Virus record (IMG/VR): IMGVR_UViG_3300029720_000461
Source of the DNA: a virus
Lineage: Duplodnaviria > Heunggongvirae > Uroviricota > Caudoviricetes
Direction: 5' to 3' (one strand)
Length of the DNA: 47,627 nucleotides
Shown here one piece after another: positions 1-9,075 of this stretch; within the stretch, counting starts at the first letter, position 1; each line of letters opens with the position of its first letter. The translations under genes and the position numbers were made by a program. The notes below the pieces were generated by a model. It saw only the letters and a list, made by a program, of their open reading frames with translations. It had not been told where the DNA came from and made no database searches.

Positions 1-157
1 AAGTGCAGTTTGGAAGTAAGCAAATTTTGGGATAGATTATTCGATTATTTGGATGATATTTTAAAAGTAATTTCAGAAAATACAATTAAAACTAATATTT
101 TCACTTCACCATCTAATTATTGGAATTTATCAGATTAAGTGAATATACAAAATAATT

Positions 158-196
158 ATAACAGTCTGTATAAGGAAACAGGCTGTTATTTTTTTT
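158..196 (+). terminator. Intrinsic terminator
   Basis: ATAACAGTCTGT...ACAGGCTGTTAT stem followed by a T run. Confidence 0.8.
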
Positions 197-227
197 GCAC
201 TAAAAATATTTTTTCTTGCTGTTATAT

Positions 228-273
228 AAAAAAGTCTTTTTATAACATTTCTAATTTAGTTTCAAGTTAAAAT
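228..273 (+). promoter_or_regulatory. Long-spacer element promoter, copy 1
   Basis: AAAAAAGTCTTTTTATA-N23-TAAAAT. Confidence 0.7.
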
Positions 274-301
274 TATAGCATCAAAAAAAAGGAGATAAGT
301 T

Positions 302-976
302 ATGAAATTTGAGAAAAAGAAATCATTTTGGAAAGTTTTTTTAGATGAGTGTGCAGGGGTAATATTAGCCGGGGCAATTATGATATACATTGCCTTATCT
401 GCCATTATAGGAAATCTGATATTGCCATACATAAATAATGGGGAAGAAATAAATCCGTATATAGAAGATGTAAGCAGTAAGTTTACAATATTTTTAATAA
501 AAACAGCCATAGGTGCTATATGGTTATTTGGTGTTATTTTCATACTATTAATTGCTTTTACTATTATAGGCATAATTGTAATAGCAATAGTAACCGGAAT
601 AACACATATAATAGCCGTAAAACGATACACATATTTACCTCTTACAGTAGATGAGGTAAGAGAATCTATAAATGCAGGATTATTTGAAGATACTCCTGAA
701 AGCTATACAGATTATCTTACAAAACAGATGAAGTATTTTGATGGCAGCGTAATCTTTTCAGTTGATGATATGAAAATGATAACAAAAACAGTAAAGGAAA
801 TATGGGATAAACCATTTAAGCTTAATAAAGATTATCTTATCAGGAATGAAATAGAAAGTTATGATTATTTCCCATTTAGATTTAGGGATGACAGAGATGA
901 TTTATTTCAGTTAAAGAAAGGCAAAACAGTAACTTTTGATATGGATGAAGGCTCTTTGATTCAGACTATTAAGTGA
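302..976 (+). CDS. Hypothetical membrane protein
   Basis: AGGAG RBS; 2-3 hydrophobic segments. Confidence 0.8.
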   Translation: MKFEKKKSFWKVFLDECAGVILAGAIMIYIALSAIIGNLILPYINNGEEINPYIEDVSSKFTIFLIKTAIGAIWLFGVIFILLIAFTIIGIIVIAIVTGITHIIAVKRYTYLPLTVDEVRESINAGLFEDTPESYTDYLTKQMKYFDGSVIFSVDDMKMITKTVKEIWDKPFKLNKDYLIRNEIESYDYFPFRFRDDRDDLFQLKKGKTVTFDMDEGSLIQTIK

Positions 977-1036
977 AAAACTTATAAGGAATGTATGTAA
1001 TAAGAGTTAAAAATGTGATTATAATTGGGAGTTTTT

Positions 1037-1522
1037 ATGACAGCAAAACTTAAATTAAATTTTACAAGAAGCAGATATTTAGAAATTGATTTTGAAGATG
1101 TTACAGATGAAAAAATCATCACTCATAAAAAGATGAAAGTAACAATGAATCTTGCTGCAATTGTTTTTATATTAAGTCTTATTGTGAACTATATAAGTAC
1201 TTCAATACTTGCAGATATTTCATTAATTTTTATAGCTACTTCTATGTTTACATTATGTTTGATTAATATATATTATCAGGGGAATAATTACTTAGATAAG
1301 ATAATACAATTTATTGATATCATTAATATGATAGATACTGAAAAAGATATATATTTTTCATATGATTTTTCAACACTTAAATATTATAAAAAAGGCGGTA
1401 TGTTTTCTACATATAAATTGCCTGTAGATAAGATAGAATATTATGATTCCAGAAATCTTAAATTAACATATGATGAAAAATTGAAAAAAATCATTCTTTA
1501 TCTGCCATATCAATGTGCATAA
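1037..1522 (+). CDS. Hypothetical membrane protein
   Basis: GGGAG RBS before ATG 1037; two TM segments. Confidence 0.75.
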   Translation: MTAKLKLNFTRSRYLEIDFEDVTDEKIITHKKMKVTMNLAAIVFILSLIVNYISTSILADISLIFIATSMFTLCLINIYYQGNNYLDKIIQFIDIINMIDTEKDIYFSYDFSTLKYYKKGGMFSTYKLPVDKIEYYDSRNLKLTYDEKLKKIILYLPYQCA

Positions 1523-1579
1523 TAGCAGCTATATATTAAAGTAACAAAATAATAATAAATTAAAAGGAGAACACAGCAT

Positions 1580-1993
1580 ATGAATAAGGATAATATTTTT
1601 ATTTTGGTTATGCGTATAATATTTGGAATTATGTATATTGCAATTGTAGCAGCATTGATATGGGAAATTGTACAAGTGAATAAAGGTTTTTCAAAAGAAA
1701 CTACAGAAGAAGTCCAGCTTTACAGTATCAGTACGGATAAGGAATATGAAGGTTCATTTGTATTAGGTTCAGGAAGTATTGATTCACAGGAATATATAAC
1801 AGCTTATCGGATTACAGAAGACGGTGGTAAGAAGTATTTCAAGATGAACAGAGATAAAGTAACTATCTATGATACATTAAACAATGATGAACAGGCTTAT
1901 GCCGTGATAAAGAGAGCTTCATTAGGAATTAAAGAAATTAAACTGTATGTTCCTAAAAATACAATTGAAAAGGAAATTAATCTTAGCTTGTAA
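1580..1993 (+). CDS. Membrane-anchored hypothetical protein
   Basis: AGGAG RBS; N-terminal TM; GSFVLGSGSI motif. Confidence 0.8.
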   Translation: MNKDNIFILVMRIIFGIMYIAIVAALIWEIVQVNKGFSKETTEEVQLYSISTDKEYEGSFVLGSGSIDSQEYITAYRITEDGGKKYFKMNRDKVTIYDTLNNDEQAYAVIKRASLGIKEIKLYVPKNTIEKEINLSL

Positions 1994-2024
1994 CGACAGC
2001 TTAATATAAAAAAGGAGATAACAT

Positions 2025-2771
2025 ATGATTCAGATTAAAAATATTTTATGTGACTTGGCAGATTATGCTTACAGGGATAATCCCAAGCTTGAGCAGTATA
2101 AACATTTCTACATAGAAGTAAGCAATGAAAACAGAAAATCTTTGCATGGTTATTATAATGAAAAAACACATCATATAAGAATTTTTAATGCTTATCGTGA
2201 TGATGCAGCTATTATTGCTACAACTATCCATGAATTAGCACATCATATTGATACATGTAACAGAGGCAGGTCAGACCATAGCAAGGAGTTTTATATTGTT
2301 TTTGAACATCTGCTTAAAACTGCTCTGGATATGAAGTTATTTAATAAAGAACAGTTCTTGGCAGCTACGGCTGATGCGTCTGATTCCGGTAAAATAAGAA
2401 ACATGATTAAAGATTATGAACCTGTATCAGTTGGATATAAAGAAAATATATCAATCATAAGAGTACACAACTGCTATGATATAAAAAATGAATTAAAGGA
2501 AAGAGGCTATCATTACAACAGCGTGGAAAAGGCGTGGGAGACTGAGACCAGTGATGTAGTGGCGGAAGAAAGGTATCTTAAACACCTAAAGGCTGATGCT
2601 TCATATGATGTAAGCAATAATTTTATGTCTTTTAACAGAAAGAGCTATATATGTGCAGGGCATGGATTTTTCTTTGATAAGAAACTCAAGGCTTGGAAAA
2701 AGGAAGGCAATTCTAAAGATTTAACTGTATATAGAAGAGAATATCCTAATGTACAGTGGAGCATAATCTAA
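2025..2771 (+). CDS. SprT/WLM-like zinc metalloprotease with DUF5710-like C-terminal modules
   Basis: TTIHELAHH...RSDH zincin motif; YDIKNELKERGYHYNSVEKAW. Confidence 0.7.
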   Translation: MIQIKNILCDLADYAYRDNPKLEQYKHFYIEVSNENRKSLHGYYNEKTHHIRIFNAYRDDAAIIATTIHELAHHIDTCNRGRSDHSKEFYIVFEHLLKTALDMKLFNKEQFLAATADASDSGKIRNMIKDYEPVSVGYKENISIIRVHNCYDIKNELKERGYHYNSVEKAWETETSDVVAEERYLKHLKADASYDVSNNFMSFNRKSYICAGHGFFFDKKLKAWKKEGNSKDLTVYRREYPNVQWSII

Positions 2772-2890
2772 GCATAAACTGACTGCATATTCTATAATGC
2801 ATTAACTTCCTTTTATGAAGACGATAACAACAAAGATATTCTTAAAACATTTCTAAAAACATATTGCATCACTGTTTAATATAAACTTTT

Positions 2891-2923
2891 AAGACATCTG
2901 TTTTTTAACAGGTGTCTTTTTTT
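2891..2923 (+). terminator. Intrinsic terminator
   Basis: AAGACATCTGTT-tttt-AACAGGTGTCTT plus T run. Confidence 0.85.
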
Positions 2924-2964
2924 GTATTCTCAAAAAAAATATTTATTTTTATTTTAAAAACTAT

Positions 2965-3010
2965 AAAAAGGACTTTTTATGATATTTGAAAATAATAAGA
3001 ATGGTAAACT
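2965..3010 (+). promoter_or_regulatory. Long-spacer element promoter, copy 2
   Basis: AAAAAGGACTTTTTATG-N23-TAAACT. Confidence 0.7.
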
Positions 3011-3100
3011 ATATACATAAAAGAAACAAAAAATAACTTATATTAGGATTCCATTAAAGGGGCAATTTTAAATGCTAAAAAGTTATAAAGGAGAGAAATT

Positions 3101-3532
3101 ATGATGTATTTTATGATTGGAGTTATTACATTTGTGATAGGAGCTTGTTTAATTATGGCTGGATTTATAATTACTGGTCATATAGATGTGGGGCATTGTA
3201 CCTTAACTGCATGGGGATGGGCAGACGTAATTGTAGGAATGCTAATAATAGTAATAGCATTGATGAATATAGGTGTTAATGGAAATAAAACTATAAATAA
3301 AAACAGTTCTGAAATAGAAACTGTTATTGAAACACAGACAGAATCAGTAACAAATAGTGCTATAAAAGTTGCAATTCTAAAAAAATATCCAGGAGCAGAA
3401 ATTATTAATACCACAGATTCATCTATTGGTTATTTTTTATATAATCAGGAAAACTATAGTTTTGAATCTGAAAACAATATTTTATTTATAAGTAAAGATA
3501 ATAAAACAATTGATTTTATTTATTTGAATTGA
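3101..3532 (+). CDS. 2-TM membrane protein, paralog A
   Basis: Shares IETVxETQTES..NSAIKVA and ENYSFE with 3551. Confidence 0.85.
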   Translation: MMYFMIGVITFVIGACLIMAGFIITGHIDVGHCTLTAWGWADVIVGMLIIVIALMNIGVNGNKTINKNSSEIETVIETQTESVTNSAIKVAILKKYPGAEIINTTDSSIGYFLYNQENYSFESENNILFISKDNKTIDFIYLN

Positions 3533-3550
3533 AAGGATAGGGAAGAAATT

Positions 3551-3973
3551 ATGTATTATATAATTGGAGTTCTTGTACTGATAATTGGAGTTTGTGGGCT
3601 TATAGCTGGATATATAATTGATGATGATATGTATATTGTCTTATTTGTATGGGGATGGATAGGCATAATTTTAGGAACGATAATGATAGGAACAGCATTG
3701 AAAGATAAAAGCATTAATGAAAATAAGACTATAAATGGAAACAGTACTGAAATTGAAACTGTTACTGAAACACAGACGGAATCAGCAGCAAATAGTGCTA
3801 TAAAGGTTGCATTGATGCAGAACTATCCTGAAGCTGAAATAATCAGTAATGAGAATGATTTGCAGCATGGTATTTTTGTTTATAACAATGAAAATTATAG
3901 CTTTGAAGTAGAAGATAACATTTTGTTCATAAAGCAGGATAAGAAGCTTATTAAATACATCTATTTGAATTAA
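3551..3973 (+). CDS. 2-TM membrane protein, paralog B
   Basis: Clear paralog of 3101. Confidence 0.85.
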   Translation: MYYIIGVLVLIIGVCGLIAGYIIDDDMYIVLFVWGWIGIILGTIMIGTALKDKSINENKTINGNSTEIETVTETQTESAANSAIKVALMQNYPEAEIISNENDLQHGIFVYNNENYSFEVEDNILFIKQDKKLIKYIYLN

Positions 3974-3988
3974 AGGAGTTCTAATTAT

Positions 3989-4447
3989 ATGAAGTTTACT
4001 ACATATTCAGAAGCACATTTAAAAAGTCTGAAAAAAGATAAATTAATAGATTTATATAGGCAGCTTGAAGATAATTTAAAATCGGAAATAGCAGAAAATG
4101 AAACGACAATGAATTATATAAGAGCTGCCAATATAAAAATAACTGAACAGCATAAGAAAGACATTATAAAGGCAAGAAAAGAAGCTGTAAAAGAGTTTGC
4201 TGATACATTAATTTATAAGTTAGACCATTTAAAGTCTATAAAGGTTAATTTAGGATTTGATACTACAGCATTGACATTCAGAAAAGAAGTTTTGCTTGAT
4301 TTAATTTCAGTCACAAAAATAGAACAGTGTTCACAGGCTGATAAACTTAAAACTAATGCAGACAGAATATGCAGCTTATCAGATGAAGAACTGGGAAAAG
4401 GTAATGATAAAACATTGAATAGAAATACAGACAATTATGAAAGGTAG
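3989..4447 (+). CDS. Hypothetical protein with ER tail
   Basis: RBS; TNADRI..SDEEL motif; ends NRNTDNYER. Confidence 0.75.
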   Translation: MKFTTYSEAHLKSLKKDKLIDLYRQLEDNLKSEIAENETTMNYIRAANIKITEQHKKDIIKARKEAVKEFADTLIYKLDHLKSIKVNLGFDTTALTFRKEVLLDLISVTKIEQCSQADKLKTNADRICSLSDEELGKGNDKTLNRNTDNYER

Positions 4448-4455
4448 TGAAAATT

Positions 4456-4851
4456 ATGTTTGGAACGAGAGCAGCAGATAGTAGATTATTTATAGCAATA
4501 AGTATTGCTTTGACATTAGTTTTAATTATATTGTTTTGCATTTGGTTAATGAATATAGAAAATAATATTGCGGGAACAATTTGCCTTACATTGTGCATAA
4601 TTGCAATTGTATATGTAGCTACTATTAATATATATAGTAAAAAGCAGGGAACGGATAATATCAAAGAAGCTATTACTGATAATTATAGTAATGCTGAAAA
4701 CATTTTGGTTCAGTTTGACAGAAATACTAAAAATAATAAAGGCTACTTTACTTCTGACGATGGAAATTTCAGTTTTGAAGTAATCAATAATACACTGGTT
4801 ATAAAGGATGGAGAGACAATAGTTAAGTATATATCGGGAGATAGCTACTAA
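4456..4851 (+). CDS. 2-TM membrane protein, paralog C
   Basis: IKEAITDNYSNAE, GYF, NFSFEV align with 3101/3551. Confidence 0.75.
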   Translation: MFGTRAADSRLFIAISIALTLVLIILFCIWLMNIENNIAGTICLTLCIIAIVYVATINIYSKKQGTDNIKEAITDNYSNAENILVQFDRNTKNNKGYFTSDDGNFSFEVINNTLVIKDGETIVKYISGDSY

Positions 4852-4886
4852 CTGTCTATTAACATTTTAATGAAAGGAAAAGGCAT

Positions 4887-5072
4887 ATGAAGACAGATTT
4901 ATTAAATTATTATTCAGACGGAAAGGCTCATAGTAATGAAGATATGAGAAAGTATTTCAAAACTGCCCCTGACAGTGAAAAGTACCATCAGTTAAGAGCA
5001 GCACAGCAGATGTTAAAAAGAGAAAATAAGATAAGAAGAGTGTCTTATGGTGTATGGATATTAAATGCTTAA
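4887..5072 (+). CDS. Small protein, possibly winged-helix
   Basis: RBS; LKRENKIRRVSYGVW wing-like motif. Confidence 0.6.
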   Translation: MKTDLLNYYSDGKAHSNEDMRKYFKTAPDSEKYHQLRAAQQMLKRENKIRRVSYGVWILNA

Positions 5073-5085
5073 GAAGGAGATTTTT

Positions 5086-5358
5086 ATGAAATGTCAATTT
5101 TGTAATGTAGAAATGGTATATAAACCTAATATGAGAGGAATTTTAGATTGTTCATATTTAGAGGCATCTGATTTTAACACTTTGATGGTTGATTATACAG
5201 AAGAAGTAGAAGAAGATTTTTTGTTTTTTAAAATAAAAAGAAAAAAAGCTGACAGACTTATAATAAAACCTATGTATTATGTGTGTCCTAAATGTGGACA
5301 GATTATAACAAAGATACCGGATGAAATGATAGATGATGTAATTAAAGCGGAGAAATAA
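5086..5358 (+). CDS. Zinc-ribbon protein
   Basis: CQFC...CPKCG; AGGAG RBS before ATG 5086. Confidence 0.75.
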   Translation: MKCQFCNVEMVYKPNMRGILDCSYLEASDFNTLMVDYTEEVEEDFLFFKIKRKKADRLIIKPMYYVCPKCGQIITKIPDEMIDDVIKAEK

Positions 5359-5361
5359 ACT

Positions 5362-5652
5362 ATGAATAAAAGACAATGGAAGAAATCAAGAAAGAAAATA
5401 AATAAGGTCTGTATATTAGATGAGTTCTTTTTATTAGATTATACACCTGAAGAGTATCAAAACTACCTTGAAGATATTGAAGAATACTCCTATAGGCATC
5501 ATAGATATAAGCATTATAAAGATAAGATATCAAGAGTAATAGACTTTAGCTATCGTCCGCCTGTAAGTAAAAGATATAGTGTACAAGAAAGTATGATTAA
5601 AGATATAAGAGCATATATCCAACAATGCTTAAACAGAAAGGTAGAAGTGTAA
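5362..5652 (+). CDS. Hypothetical protein
   Basis: GGAG RBS; operon packing. Confidence 0.7.
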   Translation: MNKRQWKKSRKKINKVCILDEFFLLDYTPEEYQNYLEDIEEYSYRHHRYKHYKDKISRVIDFSYRPPVSKRYSVQESMIKDIRAYIQQCLNRKVEV

Positions 5653-5704
5653 AAAGAAAAGAACGTCCTTTCGGAACAAAGTGTAGAAAGAAAGGTAATA
5701 CATA

Positions 5705-6136
5705 ATGAACAGTAAAGAATATACAAAATGTAAGAAATGCGGTTGTTTACTTGCTGAAAGAAACTTTAAAAAGGGATTATGTGATGAATGTCAGGAAGAT
5801 AGGAAGAACATCAGGAATACTATAGCTATGGTATTTATTGGAATTGCTTTAATTATAAGTATGGCTGTTATCTGGTTCCATATAAACAAGAAATATCCTG
5901 TTACTTATGAAGATTGTGTTATGCAGGTAGTTGATAAAAGAGAAGAAACAACTTATCGGTATTCAGGAAAAGCAATTGTTCCTATTACAAAATATTATCT
6001 TCTTTTTGATGACGGGAAAGAATTTCGTGTATCTAAGTATATATACAATAAAACTGATATAGATGATGGCATAATCGTTACTTATACATATCGAAATAAT
6101 AACATTGAAGATATGCAGATAAAATTTCAAAATTAA
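5705..6136 (+). CDS. Zinc-finger plus TM protein
   Basis: CKKC..CDEC followed by a TM helix. Confidence 0.75.
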   Translation: MNSKEYTKCKKCGCLLAERNFKKGLCDECQEDRKNIRNTIAMVFIGIALIISMAVIWFHINKKYPVTYEDCVMQVVDKREETTYRYSGKAIVPITKYYLLFDDGKEFRVSKYIYNKTDIDDGIIVTYTYRNNNIEDMQIKFQN

Positions 6137-6146
6137 GGAGAAAAGT

Positions 6147-6506
6147 ATGGATGGATTAATTATTAAGCATAAATGGTTAGACCTTATTTTAAAAGGACAA
6201 AAAACCATAGAAGTTCGTGGAAGTGATACAAAGAAACAGGGCGAAATGATTTATCTGTTAGAGAGTAGAACTTCTAAGGTGGTTGGCACATGTAAAATAG
6301 CTGCTACATATCCTATAAGCTGTTCTGATTGGTCAGAAGAAAGAGAAAAACACTGTGTTGATATACCATATAGAGACTTTAAAAAAAGATATCCTAATCC
6401 TTATGCGTGGGTACTGGAAGATGTAAAGCCTTTGGATAAGGAAATGTATTACAAGCATCCTAAAGGAGCAGTAATATGGGTAAAGAATGTTGATGATTTG
6501 TTGTAA
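6147..6506 (+). CDS. ASCH domain protein
   Basis: LIIKHKWLDLILKGQKTIEVRG; YAWVLE; HPKGAVIW. Confidence 0.85.
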   Translation: MDGLIIKHKWLDLILKGQKTIEVRGSDTKKQGEMIYLLESRTSKVVGTCKIAATYPISCSDWSEEREKHCVDIPYRDFKKRYPNPYAWVLEDVKPLDKEMYYKHPKGAVIWVKNVDDLL

Positions 6507-6518
6507 GGAGATGATTAT

Positions 6519-7016
6519 ATGAATTTAATTAGAACCAGTAATTATGAAGAAAATAAAGAAGTTATTGAGAAAAGATTAGAGGAATCAGACAAAAAGACAA
6601 CAATCATCTATAGCATTGTAATGACAGTGATTATATTATTCTTTGTAGCATGTGCAGCATATGCAATATATGGTGAAACACAAAGTATAAAAGAAGCATT
6701 AACATTATGTGGAGTACTTATAGTAGCATTGGTATTACTTATAGTAGATGCAATAATAGACAGTTTTAATTATAAGACAGAATATAAAATAAATGACTTA
6801 AAGTTTATAGAAGCAGCTATGACAGGAAATATAGCTTCAATTGCAACCCAAAAAGATGCAGGAGCTAGGTCAACTCTTGTTTATTATATTGTAGAAACCA
6901 AGACAGGCGAGAAAATTATGACAAGAAATGGATTAATTAAGCCAACAATACATAGCGGAGGTGCAACAGAGACTACATTCGATTTAGATAAATTAGAATT
7001 AAATGTCTATATGTAA
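6519..7016 (+). CDS. 2-TM membrane protein
   Basis: RBS; two hydrophobic helices. Confidence 0.75.
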   Translation: MNLIRTSNYEENKEVIEKRLEESDKKTTIIYSIVMTVIILFFVACAAYAIYGETQSIKEALTLCGVLIVALVLLIVDAIIDSFNYKTEYKINDLKFIEAAMTGNIASIATQKDAGARSTLVYYIVETKTGEKIMTRNGLIKPTIHSGGATETTFDLDKLELNVYM

Positions 7017-7027
7017 GGAGAATTTTT

Positions 7028-8002
7028 ATGAATAACAATAAACCTTTTTACTTAGAAAACAGAAGTACTGTACATAAGCTTACATTTGGATTACCCGGTT
7101 CAGGAATATCTTCCGTTATGGAAAAAGAAATTACAACTATTGCCAACAATACCAAGGATGATAATATTGTTGTTATTGATATTGATGGCGGACAATTTAT
7201 AGAAACTGTTAAGAAGCTAGGGGGAGTAATTATTACTGCAAAAGAAATCTTTGCATGTTTTGATGAAATTGTATTTGGGTCTTTGCAGGAATCAGATAAT
7301 CAAAATTATTGTGAAGTACCTGATATCATAACTGCTATCTTAGAAGATTTAGGACATGGTTATATTACTCCTCATCAGCAAAGTGCTTTGTATGAGGCAT
7401 TGGATGAAATGAAAAAGAACACTGAATCAAATACAATCAATAATTTTATTCAGCGTTTACAGAAACTAGATAATGAAACGGCATCAGTCTTAGAAGTGCT
7501 TAAGAAACTTCCAATTTATGAAAATAGCTATAATGCCATGAATAAATTGAATAATAATTTTGTTTGCTTTGACCTTGGAGATTGCCGACAAGAATTAAAA
7601 AATATTGCATATTTACTGGCATTAAAAATGGCTAAGGACAAAATATGGAAAAATGGGGATAAAGGTATATATACTTGCTTATTTACTAAAATAAGCCGTG
7701 CTTCTTTAACAGAAGGAATCTGTAATTATCTGTCATATTTATATAAGCGTACAAGACAGCATTGGGGGCTAACTTCTTTTTACGCTATTAGTTTTTCGGC
7801 ATTTTTAAATGAACAAACATTGAGTTTATTAAGAAATACAAACGAATTTATTTTCTTAAAGCAAAACGCCTGTGATATTAATAAAGTTTCATTGTATTTT
7901 GATATACCGGATGAATACTTGCAGTTTCTTAGACATGCAAGTGCCGGACATGGTGTTTGGACAGATGGAATACAGTATGATTATGTAGATTACAATAAAT
8001 AG
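7028..8002 (+). CDS. Degenerate VirB4/TrsE-like ATPase domain
   Basis: GLPGSGIS (Walker A without Lys), VVIDIDG, YKRTRQHWG, NTNEFIFLKQ, AGHG resemble the Gram-positive VirB4 C-terminal domain. Confidence 0.7.
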   Translation: MNNNKPFYLENRSTVHKLTFGLPGSGISSVMEKEITTIANNTKDDNIVVIDIDGGQFIETVKKLGGVIITAKEIFACFDEIVFGSLQESDNQNYCEVPDIITAILEDLGHGYITPHQQSALYEALDEMKKNTESNTINNFIQRLQKLDNETASVLEVLKKLPIYENSYNAMNKLNNNFVCFDLGDCRQELKNIAYLLALKMAKDKIWKNGDKGIYTCLFTKISRASLTEGICNYLSYLYKRTRQHWGLTSFYAISFSAFLNEQTLSLLRNTNEFIFLKQNACDINKVSLYFDIPDEYLQFLRHASAGHGVWTDGIQYDYVDYNK

Positions 8003-8014
8003 GAGAGTAAATAT

Positions 8015-8389
8015 ATGAGTGATTATAGGTATATGAGAGTTATCCGCTGTAAGGTGGATATGAATAAGATAGGAGTATCATCTATTTGGGATTTAGAGGA
8101 TAAGTTTCCCGATTTGTTTGATATGAATTTTTCAAGGCACTTTGCAAAAGCCCCTGTAGAAGAAGAGAACTATTTGGATTATGTTCTTGAATCAAAGGTT
8201 AGTTATGATGGTGGCAACTGGGGAAAAGCCAGATATCTTACGAATAGTGAAGCAGTTAAGTATCTTGCTTTATTTAGTCAGATATATCCTGATGTAAGAA
8301 AAGAGGATTTAAGAGCTGTGGAGTTCTGTTGGTATGATTGTTCTGAAGCACCATTGTATTTTAATGTTGTAGAAGAAGAGTGGTTATAG
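8015..8389 (+). CDS. Hypothetical protein
   Basis: AGGAG RBS; FCWYDCSEAP. Confidence 0.75.
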   Translation: MSDYRYMRVIRCKVDMNKIGVSSIWDLEDKFPDLFDMNFSRHFAKAPVEEENYLDYVLESKVSYDGGNWGKARYLTNSEAVKYLALFSQIYPDVRKEDLRAVEFCWYDCSEAPLYFNVVEEEWL

Positions 8390-8405
8390 GAAGGTAATAT
8401 AATTA

Positions 8406-8621
8406 ATGATAAAAATTGTATGCGAACAAAAAAGTACAAGCTTAAAATATAAATATATATGCTTGATAAACTTAGCCCGCTATTGTGAAAGTATAAATAG
8501 TGATTGTAGTAAATGTCAGCGTAAAACTGAGTGTGATGAATTTCAATTTTTTACTCAAGAATATGGACATGAAAATGATAAAGAATCCGTGAAAGAAACT
8601 TTTAAAAGGTGGATTTCTTAA
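8406..8621 (+). CDS. Small Cys-rich protein
   Basis: RBS; C-x5-C-x2-C-x5-C. Confidence 0.55.
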   Translation: MIKIVCEQKSTSLKYKYICLINLARYCESINSDCSKCQRKTECDEFQFFTQEYGHENDKESVKETFKRWIS

Positions 8622-8659
8622 AAATAGATATTTACTTATAAATTATAAGGAGAATAAAA

Positions 8660-8911
8660 ATGGTTAATAAGAAAATCAAAATAGATTATCCATATGAAGT
8701 AAAAACTTTTATCGATGAGTATTTAAAAACGACCCCTTCATCTTCTTGCCATGTACTTATTTATCATGGTTTTATAAAAAAATCTGAAGCTATATATGCT
8801 AAAGGAAAGATACTATACATGGATAGTTTTAAGTATTTAAAATACTATCGGTATGCTTTAATAAAACATGTAAAAATAGATTATTGTCACGATATTAAAA
8901 TATGGATTTAA
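8660..8911 (+). CDS. Hypothetical protein
   Basis: AGGAG RBS. Confidence 0.65.
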   Translation: MVNKKIKIDYPYEVKTFIDEYLKTTPSSSCHVLIYHGFIKKSEAIYAKGKILYMDSFKYLKYYRYALIKHVKIDYCHDIKIWI

Positions 8912-9075
8912 AAGAAAAGGAAGTATAAATATGAAATTTACTAAGAAAGAGATTATGGATGCCTTTCTATTGTTTTTAGATGATGCACTTCCTGAATTTG
9001 AATGTAAGAAGATAGAAATAGAAGGAAACTCCAATTGTGACAGATGTGATATATGTATGATGAAGCAGTATTTAT

